This document shows, piece after piece, positions 26,862-39,010 of a stretch of DNA of 58,138 nucleotides. The number at the start of each line of letters is the position of its first letter. The first letter of the stretch is position 1. Under the pieces are notes generated by a model. That model was not told the origin of the DNA. It was given only the letters and a program-made list of their open reading frames with translations, and did not search any database. The stretch covers positions 11,971,833 to 12,029,970 of the forward strand of contig NC_057749.1 in NCBI RefSeq assembly GCF_004010195.1, in the 5' to 3' direction. The DNA is from Chiloscyllium plagiosum (taxonomy: Eukaryota). Position numbers and translations under genes: made by a program.

Positions 26862-27093
26862 ATTCCCAGACAGTGAACAACAGATCCATAATCATTAGGA
26901 TCAGATTCATGTATTTAATTATCTTCATGAATATTTATTTACATTGTACCAAGTCTAATGCTTAGATCAAACACTTTGGGAAGGTACAGCCAAATCCAGT
27001 GTCTCCAAGATGGAATGCAAAGAAAGATTTTGGTGTTGATTTGGGTCAATATCACATGAAATTCATAATGTACAATTTGGTGTTGGTCCTTAC

Positions 27094-27286
27094 CATGGCT
27101 TTGCTCGTGTGCCCACCACCTTGAAATTCCATGGCTCCGTAAGCATCAGTGGGACTAGCCTGAGTGTGCTTCTGGGGTGTCCATTTCTCGGGCTGAACCA
27201 CCTGCTTCTCCTCCTCTCCTGTGTCATTGGATGGAGCAGTTGGAGCAATAGTGACATGTTGGCCAATCAGCTGACCACAGCCGCAC
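27094..27286 (-). CDS. TRPM1: TRPM1-type coding exon 3 (CGCGQLIGQH...EFQGGGHTSKAM)
   Basis: ccaag|G...ATG|gtaagg, 193 bp; lies inside ORF 27052..27330. Confidence 0.95.
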
Positions 27287-27409
27287 CTTGGAAAAAGAGG
27301 GAGCTGAATTATCACATCCAAAGGAGACACTAAGTCACCAACACAACTTGCATTTAACCTTGAAACCTCATAACATTGAATGCCCAGCTCTTCAGAACTG
27401 TACTGTTAC

Positions 27410-27489
27410 CTTTGTGGATCTTTGGGGTTTGGAATAACACAAATACAGTCACGTTTCTGGAAATGTTTCTCGATCCAAGCTTTGTGACC
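27410..27489 (-). CDS. TRPM1: TRPM1-type coding exon 2 (GHKAWIEKHFQKRDCICVIPNPKDPQR)
   Basis: ctccag|GGT...AG|gtaaca, 80 bp. Matches the TRPM1 GQKAWIEKTFCKRECIFVIP motif. Not in the ORF track. Confidence 0.93.
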
Positions 27490-29047
27490 CTGGAGTTAGA
27501 AATAAGATTTTTTAAATTCAAATTTTAAATTCAAATTAAATTCAAGGATATAATCTAGAGATAAAAAACAAATTTATGTTGTATTGCAGTTTTCACAATC
27601 AGATGTCAGTGAAGGAGCATACACTCTCACCCCTTCAGCCCATTGCCTATTGTTCTGTTGCTAACAAAAAAAATGGAATCTCATTTGAGAAAATGTGGAC
27701 TCTTGTACTCTGATACCTTGCATTCATACAACATTAGTAACATAATTAAATATCTCAAGGTGTTTAACAATAGCATGCTAGATAAAAGCTGACACTGCAC
27801 CATTGAAACGATTATTAGAGGTGACTGAAAGCTTGGTCAAAGAAATGGCTTTTAAAGATCCTCCTGAAGGAGGCGGAAGAGCAATAGGGAGATTTAGGGA
27901 GGGAATTTCAAAGCAAAAGGACTAGGAAGCTCACGGCACAGCTAGCATTGGTGGCAAGCTGAAAATTATAAATCAGTCACCTTGGATGGTTGTGGGGCTG
28001 GAGGAGAGGTAAAGAGGGGCAAGACCATTGAGGGATTTGATCTCAAAGAGCCCATATAGGTCAGTAAGCACAGGGATGGTATGTAAATGGGACTTTGTGT
28101 TGACTTGGAAACAGGCAATAAAGTTTTGTCAAGTTGAATCAGATGGAGAGTGAGATTTGGGAGAATTTTGTCTCCCTAATGCTGCATCTATCCATTTCCT
28201 GCAAAATTAAGTCCTTTAGCTTAATATTTGAGAGACACACTGACACAAACTTATGACAAGTTTAACCATAAATCAAGGATTGAAATTAAATTCAAAAGGC
28301 ATTTTTATTAATATTGAAACCAGAGTTTTGTTCTGTGGCTCTATTATTCCAAACCCACCGCCCCCAAGGGGAATTTCTTAACACCGAGGAGGAATTGATG
28401 GAAATCACATGGGTGTAGGTGAAGTCCAAGGTTTCTGTGTAGTTTCAGGAGATTTTTCACTGTCCAAAACTACAAGGAAATCTGTAAACTCACACACCTG
28501 GATGTCATAACTGCCTCAGCTTTCCCTGGTGGCTCTGGCACCTACCATTACAGACAGTCCCTGCCTCTAGCCAGCAGTTCCTGGAAACCTGGCACTCTAG
28601 CGACTAAACTTAATCATCAGTTTTTCAACTCAAAAGGAGTCTGGCCCTACCACAAAGTTAGCTGCCAGTCATGAGTCCAACTCATTTAAACCAGAATTGC
28701 ACACGGATCGGTCTAAGTAAAGCAATGTTCCAAGAATGGAAACACAAAATCAGAAAGTAAAATTTAAATATGCATCATAATTCTACCTTGACAATGAAAT
28801 GTTGGTGAAGTTACATTTCAGACTGGGGAACGACCTCTGTTATAAAGTAGACCAAGTCTTCCATTTCTTCAACTTTCTCACCTTTAGTTCTTGGGAATTT
28901 CTTCAGTTCACTAACAATGTAGTTACAATGAAGTTAGAATACTTTGTAACTTCAGTGTCTTGTTCAATTTAGTGATCCGGTCCCATGATCAGGTTCCTGT
29001 TGTTTTCTTGCAATTCTACATGCCAGTGAGGTGACTTTTGAACTCTG

Positions 29048-29194
29048 TGAGTCAAGTGTAGCCATTTAAGCAGCAGCTCATGTGACCAGGAATTGAAGAA
29101 GCTGTTTTGTTTGGCTCATGAGTTGAGCTGAAAGGTAAATCCCCCTGTGGCTTCATGACATCCTCTTGGCCTGAAGATTTTACTTCACATGTGA
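29048..29194 (-). promoter_or_regulatory. Candidate MITF-responsive (pigment-cell) TRPM1 promoter
   Basis: TCATGTGAC 29078-29086 and palindromic TCACATGTGA 29185-29194. On the minus strand these are followed by TATA-like TTAAAT (29064-29069) and AP-1-like TGAGTCA (29048-29054). Confidence 0.5.
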
Positions 29195-29513
29195 GATGAG
29201 ACATTTGTTGATAAGAACCCATCACCACCGTGCAAAAGGATCCTTTCACCCCACATCCACACTCCTGATCCTTAGCTGCTGCAATGATTGGCCAGCCACA
29301 GGAGAAAGTCCTCAAAATTCAAACTCACTTTTCAACTCGAGGAGCCCAAGTTCATGTTCAACTGATTCGCCATAATTGGAACAACTGTGCAAATGTTCCA
29401 AAGACCCAGGTGAAAACTATAGTTCTACATTCTCTCTAGATGAGGAATTACTGACAGGCTTGTAAAAAGAGGTCACTGAAAAATAATCACAATTAATCTG
29501 TCTAATGCATATT

Positions 29514-30945
29514 GACCTTAGTGTCATCCGCAAATTTATTAGCCCATCTTTCTAAGCCCTATCCAGGTCATTTATGAAAATGACAAACAGCAGTGGCCTC
29601 AAAACAGATCCTTGTGGTACACCACTAGTTACTGAACTCCAGGAACATTTCCCATCAACCACTATCCTCTGTCTTCTTTCAGCTAGCCAATTTCTGATCC
29701 AACCGCTAAATTACCTTCAATCCCATGCCTCTGTATTTTCTGCATCAGCCTACCGTGGGGCATCTTATCAAATGCTTTATTGAAATCCATATACAGCACA
29801 TCAACCACTTTATCCTCAAACACCTGTTTGGTCACCTTCTCAAAGAACTCAATAAGGTTTGGGAGGCACGACCTACCCTTCACAAAACCGTGTTGACTAT
29901 TGCTAATTAATTTATTTCTCTCTAGTTGGTTATAAGTCCTCTCTCTTGCAACCTTTTGCAACACTTTACCCACAATTGAAGTAAGACTCACTGGTCTATA
30001 ATTACCACGGTTGTCTCTACTCCTATTGTTGAACAAGGGGACAACATTTGCTATCCTCCAATCTTTTGGCACTATTCCTGTACACAATGATAACATAAAG
30101 ATCAAAGCCAAAGGCTCTGCAATACTCCGGGTGCTCCGGTTTCCCCCCACAGTCCAAAGATGTGTAGGTCAGGTGAATTGGCCATGCTAAATTGCCCATA
30201 GTGTTAGGTGCATTAGTCAGAGGGAGTTGGGTCTGGGTGGGTTACTCTTCGGAGGGTCGGTGTGGACTGGTTGGGCTGAAGAGCCTGTTTCCACACTGTA
30301 GGGAAATCTAAAAAAAAACCCATCTGGCCCAGGGGACTTAGCTATTTTCACACTTTCCAGAATTGCTAACACCTCCTCCTTGTGAACCTCAATCCCATCT
30401 AGTCTAGTAGCCTTTATCTCAATATACTCCTCGACAACATTGTCTTTTTCCAGTGTGAATACTGACCAAATATTTTCATTTAACACTTCTCCTATCTCCT
30501 CAGACTCCATGCACAACTTCCCACTACTGTCTTTGATTGGCCCTAATCTTACTCTAGTCATTCTTTTATTCCTGACATACCAATAGAAAGCTTTAGGGTT
30601 TACCTTGATTTTACCTGCCAATGACTTCTCATGTCACCTCCTGGCTCTTCTTAGCTCTCTCTTTGGGTCTTTCCTAGCTAACTTGTAACTCTCAAGCACC
30701 CTACCTGAGCCTTCATGTCTCATCTTTACATAAGCTCCTGTCTTCCTCTTGACAAGAGAGTCAACTTCTTCAGTAAACCACGGTTCCCTCACTCGAGCAC
30801 TTCCTCCCTGCCTGATGTACACACTTATCAAGGACATGCAGTAGTTGTTCCTTGAATAAGCTCCACATTTTAATTGTGCCCAATCCCTGCAGTTTCTTTC
30901 ACCATCCTCTGCATCCCAAATCTTGTCTAATTGCATCATAATTGC
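29514..30945 (-). mobile_element. CR1-clade LINE fragment with a nested partial HE1 SINE (30126-30318, +)
   Basis: GNYRPVSLTS and KSPGPDG in minus-strand ORFs; HE1 3' half inserted. Confidence 0.88.
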
Positions 30946-33391
30946 AAGTTCCTGGAGATGCTGACTCTCACTGGGATACAGGACATTGATATAAGATGTT
31001 GAAGACAAAAGGATAAAATCTGTTTGAATAATTTGCTCATTCAGAAATTCATTAAAAATGCTTGTAGAAATAGATTAATTGCGTCTTTCACCAATGAATT
31101 GAATAAATCCTTTAAAAGTTAAAAATGTGCACAATAATGGGAAGAGATGAAGAGAAGGTAACCAAATGGATAACTCCTTCAATAAGTCAGCAAAGCCCCA
31201 TGGGTAAATGGCCACTTACTGTCATGTCATTGTATAATGCTACATGAATGAATTTGAGATCAGGCATCTTTTTTTAAAAAATAAACATCTCATTTGTTCA
31301 TTTGATGAATTAACCTCTAACATTTGCTTCCTATAAATGTGTCCGTTATAATTCTGGAACACAAGTCTCGATGAATGCTCCACACTGCTTATAACTTGCC
31401 TAGTCCACATATTGACCACAACTAAGATGCCACATCAGTGACTGTTCCCAATTTATTTCTAGTCTGTTCTAACCAATGGCCAAAATGACTGAGTGGTCCT
31501 GTCCTGTCTCCCTGTGGCAGTTCTACAGTGGCCTCTGCTCAATACTTCGTAAAGCCCTGCATCAAGATCAGCAAGTCAGCTCATGGGTGAGCAGTATCCC
31601 AAGGTGAAGAATGAGAACCTCCCAAAATGCTGTGGTCACAAATGGTTTTAATATTTCACCCTAACGTAGTGTTGATCATTAAGTATTCCACATTTCATGG
31701 TCAGATTCCTGTCATTCTAAACATTCTAGGACTTATCATGCTTAGAGTTAAATATTCCCTGATCGATATCAGAAAGCAGTTCCAGAATCCAAATAGTTTT
31801 AAATGAGATTTGATTAAATTGCTTGGACAATGACTAATGTCTTTAACCCCTGTACTGACAACACGTTAAAGGGGAATGTGTTCAAACACATAAATTTGTG
31901 TTCAGAATTACTCACAAAGAATTGCCATCATAGGACATACTGTCATAAATCCATGCCAAAATCAGAAAACTGACTATTCCCAGCACACGGTTTCAGTTGT
32001 AAAGGAAGACAATTTGTCAATGTTCTTTTCAGTTTAGTGTTTTTCTTGTTTTGATCTCATTATTGCTCATATCTTGTTTGTGAAGAGTTTCTCATTCTTT
32101 TAGTTTGCTGTAAGTTACAAATGCCAGGAGTTCTCCGTACTGTTCACGTAATCGTGAAAACACAACACAGAGGCAGGTAATTGAAAATGTACTGCATGAA
32201 GGTTGGAAGTTGTGATCTTGGGGTATATAGAACATGCATCAATCTCTTACATGCCATCCCCCAGTCCAACAGCACATTCCTCAACCATCATAACCCCAGT
32301 TCCTCACTGCCACCCGAAACAAACATTTTTAAAAATCCATTCTTGAGATGCAAGTGTCACTGTCAAGGCCAGTATTTGTGTCCTGTTCCTAATTTCCCTG
32401 TTAATTGAGTGGTTTATTCAGGCCATTTCAGAGGGCAGATAGAAGTTCACCATATTGACCTGGAGTCATATGGAGGCCACACTAGGTAAGGATGACAGGT
32501 TTCCTTCCTTAAGGATGTTCATGAATCAGATGGGTTTTTATGACAATCCATGCTATGTAACAAGTTTTTATTTATTCCAGATTTTTAATGAAATAAAATT
32601 CCACAGGTTCTGTGATGAGATTTGAATTAATTTCTCCAGTATATTAGTCCAGGCCTTTGAATCAATTATCCAGTAACATTACCATTGTACAATCACCCCT
32701 ATGAGGTCTCTTGACCACCAACACCACATTCCCCACTCCCACCGTGCAATATATACATACACACACCTCCCCATCCAATATCTACACAACCATCCCCCAA
32801 AAGGGCCAGCGAACACTAGCCTCTGCTTATTTGGCATAAGGTCACTGGAATGCCTTCAGTGTTTCTGTCTTTCCCCCTCCCAATAATCACCTGGATGTTC
32901 ACACTTTGAACTTTGTCAGTCAGCTTTGCTGGAAATGTGGAGAATTGGATGTGGATAGAATTAGATAGTCAGTGATATCCTCAACTGTCAAATAGCCTGT
33001 TACCGATCACTTCCTTGGCATAACTGTACAAAGCACAAGAGAATATTAGGTGACCTGGAAATCAGACCCAGTAAGAGTGAGGAGATTGGGAAATAAACAT
33101 GCTCAGTTTAATTTTAAGTCAATGTTACACTTACACATGTAATAAACGTAAAAGGGCATGTATGATGCAGTTATCATAACAAAACCTGTCCCTTAATCAG
33201 ACACAAACTGGAGGAAAATTTAAGTCTTTAAATCTGTCTCAAATTATAAAATGGATGGATCTAGACCCCTCCCCTGTAATGGTCTCCTTAAGCTCGGTTC
33301 TACACTTGATTGATAGGTTAAGCACTGTTTATACACAGGATGATGAAGATGAATCAACAGCTTGGACTGTGACTACCACCGTGTTACTCAC

Positions 33392-33472
33392 CTTCTGTGA
33401 CCCAGATATCGTACGTTTAATGGAGGTGCGTTTCAAGGAGCCACTTGTTTGTTTCAAGGAGTTTGTCAGCAT
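33392..33472 (-). CDS. TRPM1: TRPM1-type channel, first coding exon (MLTNSLKQTSGSLKRTSIKRTISGSQK)
   Basis: ATG at 33472 with an in-frame TAA four codons upstream; 27 codons ending AAG|gtgagt. Resembles the mouse TRPM1 N-terminus (SSSFKRGSIKSSTSGSQK, recalled). Phase 0 into the next exon. Confidence 0.85.
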
Positions 33473-35904
33473 CTTTCCTCTTTAACAGCCGGCTCTACTT
33501 GCTCCCATTGGACCTGCATCTTCAAGGTGGGCTCAGTTTTCACTTGTACTCAACCAATGGGTGCCGACACACATTACACGGGAGGAAAATAAAAAAAAGA
33601 GATGGCAGCAGCCTGACAGAGACAGTTGTGCAGAAAGTAGATCAATGGAGCACGGGGCAATACATCAGTCCCACTCTGCCCCAACTATAATCAGGCTTAA
33701 ATCAGCTTCCGACCACAACGGCTGTAAGGAAGGAGATTTAACAAATGGTGATTGGAAATAAATCTACTTTGCAGAGTGGAGATTTCGTACACGCACAGGA
33801 GTCAGATGGAAATAATTTATATCATCAGGAAAAGAGTGAATGAATTAAGCAGATGGCCAACATTTGTTGGAATGTAATGTTAATGATGAGCTATATGCTG
33901 AAAGTTAACCAGGGCACCCCCGATAGTGCCCAATCCACAACAGGGATGGATTTACAAGGCGCAATCATAATTTACTGAACAAGATTAAATTAAAACGGTT
34001 GCAGGTGAAATGACAGAATGTTTCTGATTGACATTTTGCAGATAGCGTAAAATTTCTTCAGGACTTTACTGGAACTCAGTGATGATCATAATTGCTGCCA
34101 CTTGAGGATTTTTCCCAAGTATTCATGGGAGATCAACAGCAACATCTCTGCCTCATATTCCTGTCTGTAACCACAGTAAAACTAATTGCTCCAGCACCAA
34201 AACAGGCCATTCAGCTTAACAAATTTCAAATGACCACCTTCTCCATGGAGGCTGTCATTAATACAAAGAAAGAGGCCATTCAGTCCTTCTAGTTCATACC
34301 AGGCCAACTAATTCTATTCCCCACAGCCTTTCGTAACCCATCAAGTTTAATCCCACTCCTCTGCTCATTCTCCCTACCCTTTAATATACCAAATTAAAAA
34401 CAAAATACAGTGGGTGATAGAGACCTATAATAAAAACAGAAAGTGCTGAAGAAACTCAAAGGTCTGGCACCATCTAGGGAGAGAAACAACTTCTTGAAGA
34501 GTAATTATGGATTTGAAACATTAACTCTGTTTCAACGGTGCCGAATTTCTCCAGCACTTTCCATCTCTCTTTAATATCACAGTCAGCCTAACCCCATTCT
34601 TCTTATTACCCTTCAATATTCCTATCTTAAAGCAAAGAGTTTGTGGATCATGCAGGAAGGTTTGCATGAGAGTTCCACACCTACCACTTGTTTTCAGGAA
34701 ATTGACCTTCCCCTATCTGAGCAGATAGGGGAAGCCCTCAATGAGTTTTTTGCTTCGGTTTTCACCAAGGAAAGGGACCTTGTTGTGAATGAAAACTTTG
34801 AGGAGCCGGAATACAGTCTTGACCAGATCAAGATTGATGACGTTGATGTGCTGGACATTTTGGAAAACATTAGGATTTATCAGTCCCCAGGACCAGACCA
34901 GATTTATCCTTGGCTGCTCCGGGAAGCGAGAAAGGAGGTTGCTAAGCCACTGGAGAGGATATTTGCCTCCACACTCTCCACAGGAGTCGTATCGGAGGAT
35001 TGGAAGGAGGCAAATGTTATTCCTCTTTTCAAGAAGGGTAATAGGTAAATCCCCTGGCAATTACAGACCAGTCAGTCATATGTCTGTGATCAGCAAAGTT
35101 TTGGAAAGAATTCTGAGGGATAGGATTTATGACTATTTGGTAAAGCATAGTGTCATTAAAGGCAGTCAGCATGGCTTTGTGAGGGGCAGGTCATGCCTCA
35201 CAAATCTTATTGAGTTCTTTGACGTGGTGTCAAGACAGGTCAATGACGGTCAAGCAGTGGATGTGGTGTATTTGGACTTCAGCAAGGCATTTGATAAGGC
35301 TCTCCATGGTAGGCTCATTCATAAAGTCAGGAAGTATGGGATACAGGGAGATTAGGCTATCTGGATTCAGAATTGGCTGGCCGACAGAAGGCTGAGAGTA
35401 GTTGTAGATGGAAAGTATTCTGCCTGGAAGTCAGCATTGAGTGGGGTCCCGTAGGGCTCTTTTCTTGGGCCTGTGCTCTTTGTAGTTTTTATAAATGATT
35501 TGGATGAGGAGGTTGAGGGGTGGGTTAGTAAATTGCAGATGACACAAATGTTGGAGATGTGGTCAATAGTATCGAGGACTACTGCAGGTTGCAGCGTGAC
35601 ATTGACAGGATGCAGAGCTGGGCTGAGAAATGGCAGATAGTGTTCAGCCTGGATAAATGTGAAGTGATGCATTTTGGAAGGTCGAATTCAAATGCTGAAT
35701 ATAGGATTAAAGACAGGATTCATGGCAGTGTGGAGGAACAGAAGGATCTGGATGTGCAAGTACATAGATCCCTCAAAGTTGCTACCCAAGTGGATCGGGT
35801 TGTTAAGAAAGCATATGATTTTTGGCTTTCATTAACAAGGGGATCGAGCCGCGAGGTTTTGCTGCAGCTCTACAAGTCCCTGGTGAGACTACACTTAGAA
35901 TACT

Positions 35905-36341
35905 CCAAAATCTGGTTTCCAGCATCTGCAGTCATTGTTTTTGCCTAGTTGATTTTAACCCTACTGCGAATCCTCTTGCAAGGATGCCTGCCTTGAAGAT
36001 GTTTTCCTCCTCTCGCTACAAGAATCTCAGGGAGTCCCTCTCCCACTGCAACTCCCAGGTCATTTCTTCTGCCCTGAAGCTCTTCAACCAGGTCATGAAA
36101 CAAACTCGCTACCACAGCCACATTTGCTTCACCTATTGTACTCCATGCTACTTTCTCCCCACCCCCACCCTCCTCTAGCTTATCTCTCCACGCTTCAGGC
36201 TCCCTGCCTTTATTCCTGATGAAGGGTTTTTGTCCAAAACGTCTATTTTGCTGCTCCTCGGTTGCTGCCTGAACTGCTGTGCTCTTCCAGCACCACTAAT
36301 CCAAAATCTGGTTTCCAGCATCTGCAGTCATTGTTTTTACC
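35905..36341 (+). mobile_element. 437-bp non-autonomous Penelope-derived element with a 41-bp terminal direct repeat and a hammerhead-like motif
   Basis: Repeat at 35905-35945 and 36301-36341; 13-bp TSD CACTTAGA(A/G)TACT at 35892 and 36342. Confidence 0.8.
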
Positions 36342-36470
36342 CACTTAGAGTACTATGTCCAGTGCTGATCGCCCTACTATAGGAAAGATACAGAGGCTTT
36401 GGAGAGGGTGCAAAGAAGATTTAGCAGGATGCTGCCTAGACAGGAGGGCTTGCCCTATGAAGAAATTTTT

Positions 36471-36780
36471 TAGATTAGATTACTTACAGTGTGGAAACAG
36501 GCCCTTCAGCCCAACAAGTCCACACTGACCCGCCGAAGCGTAACCCACCCATTCCCATACATTTACCCCTTTACCTAACACTACGGGCAATTTAGCATGG
36601 CCAATTCACCTGATGTGCACATCTTTGTGACTGTGGGAGGAAACTGGAGCACCCGGAGGAAACCCATGCGGACACGGGGAGAATGTGCAAACTCCACACA
36701 GTCAGTCGCCTGAGTCGGGAATTGAACCCGGGTCTCTGGCGCTGTGAGGCAGCAGCGCTAACCACTGTGCCACCGTGCCA
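36471..36780 (-). mobile_element. HE1 SINE, full length
   Basis: Reverse complement of GGCACGGTGGCACAGTGGTTAGC...GGGTTCAATTCC through the TAATCTAATCTAAA tail. Confidence 0.9.
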
Positions 36781-37590
36781 CCCAAATGTTGAATAAGCTT
36801 GGATTTTTCTCTCTGGAGAGAAGGAGGAAGAGAGGAGACCTGATTGAGGTATACAAGATAATGAGTGGAATAGATACAGTCAATAGCCAGAGACTTTTCC
36901 CCAGGGCAGGACTGACTGGTGCGAGGAGTCATAGTTTGAAGATATTAGGAAGAAGGTATAAAGGAGGTGTCAGAGGTAGGTTCTTTACGCAGAGAGTTGT
37001 GAATGCATGGAATGCGTTGCCAGCTGTGGTGGTGGAAGCAGAGTCATTTGGGACATTTAAGCAACTGCTGGACATGAACATGGATAGCAGTGAGTTGAGG
37101 GGTGCATAGGTTAGATTATTATATTTCACATTAGGATTAAACCTCGGCACAACATCATGGGCCAAAGGGCCTGTTCTGTGCTGTACTTTTCTATATTCTA
37201 TGCATATGTTCTGTGTTCTTCATTCCCTACATTCCTCCTAATTTGGGCAAAACATCGCCATCTGCTGGAATATTCCCAATACTACACAAACCATTTCATT
37301 TGAAAACCAGATCCTACAGATGCTAATAGGAATGTTTCATGTTTCACAGCTTTTTACACCAATTAAATACTGTTAAAGTACTGTGCTGAAACTGAAGGTA
37401 ACCTTGTGAAATGGTTCAGTTAATTGTTCGCTGATCTCACATTTTTTTTCCATTTGGGGAATAGTTGGGAAATGTTTCTAGGATGAGCAGACTGTTACCA
37501 ACATGAACAATTTTACTGTGGCCAGTAAATCCTGGAATGGGAGTCAGAAGATCTGGCCAAAAGGCAGGGATGCTATTTACCAAAGTCCAA

Positions 37591-39010
37591 TGGACTGGCT
37601 CAAAGGTAGAAGACATAGAGTGGTGGTGGAGGGTTGTTTTTCAGATTGGAGGCCTGTGACCAGTGGAGTGCCACAAGGATCGGTGCTGGGTCCATTACCT
37701 TTTGTCATTTATATAAATGATTTGGATGTGAGCATAAGAGGTACAGTTAGTAAGTTTGCACATAAGAGGTACAGTTAGTAAGTTTGCAGATGATACCAAA
37801 ATTGGAGGTGTAGTGGACAGCGATGGTGGTTACCTCAGATTACAACAGGATCTTGATCAGATGGGCCAATGAGCTGAGAAGTGGTAGATGGAGTTTAATT
37901 TAAATAAATATAAGGTGCTTCATTTTAGGAAACTAAATCTTAGCAGGACTTATACACATAATGGTAAGGTCCTAGGGAGTGTTGCTGAACTTTTATCTGA
38001 ATTAAACTCCATCTGCCACTTTTTGGCCCATTGGCCCATCTGGTCCAGATCCTGTTGTAATCTGAGGTAACCCTCTTCGCTGTCCAATACACCTCCAATT
38101 TTGGTGTCATCTGCAAAGTTACTAACTGTACCTCTTATGCTTGCATCCAAATCATTTATGTAAATGACAAAAAGTAGAGGACCCAGCACCGATCCTTGTG
38201 GCACTCCACTGGTCACAGGCCTCCAGTCTGAAAAATAACCCTCCACCACCACCCACTGTCTTCTACCTTTAAGCCAGTTCTGTATCTATATGGCTAGTTC
38301 TCCCTGTATTCCGTGAGATCTAACCTTGCTAACCAGTCTCCCATGGGGAACCTTGTCAAACGCCTTACTGAAGTCCATATAGATCACATCTACTTCTCTG
38401 CCCTCATCAAACCTCTTTGTTACTTCTACAAAACACTCAATCAAGTTTGTGGGACATGATTTCCCACGCACAAAGCCATGTTGACTATCCCTAATCAGTC
38501 CTTGCCTCTCCAAATACATGTACATTCTGTCCCTCAGGATTCCCTCCAACAACTTGCCCACCACTGACATCAGCCTCACCAGTCTATAGTTCCCTGGCTT
38601 TCCCTTACCACCCTTTTTAAACAGTGGCACCATGTTAGCCAACCTCCAGTCTTTTGGCACCTCACCTGTGACTATCGATGATACAAATATCTCAGCAAGA
38701 GGCCCAGCAAACACTTCCCTAGCTTCCCACAGAGTTATAGAGTACACCTGATCAGGTCCTGGGGATTTATCCACCTTTATGCATTTCAAGACATCCAGCA
38801 CTTCCTCCTCTGTAATATGGACATTTTGCAAGGTGTCATTTAAGAGGCATTTGGATGGGTATATGAATAGGAATGAGTTGGAGGGATATGGGCCGGGTGC
38901 TGGCAGGTGGGATTAGATTGGGTTGGAACATCTGGTCGGCATGGACGGGTTAGATCGAAGGGTCTGTTTCCGTGCTGTACATCTCTGACTCTATGACTCT
39001 ATGACTCTCT
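37591..39010. mobile_element. Composite CR1: + (37591-37990), - (37992-38838), + 3' end (38839-39010)
   Basis: Same family in opposite orientations; CTCTATGA tandem tail. Confidence 0.88.

Larger units (their letters stand above)
34713..37200 (+). mobile_element. CR1-clade LINE with two nested insertions
   Basis: RT motifs in ORFs 34789, 35559 and 36786; interrupted at 35905-36341 and 36471-36780. Confidence 0.9.

Noticed and set aside
33680..33990. OTX/CRX-like TAATC sites upstream of the first TRPM1 coding exon
   Set aside because: Only short, imperfect matches in AT-rich DNA; not distinguishable from chance without conservation data.
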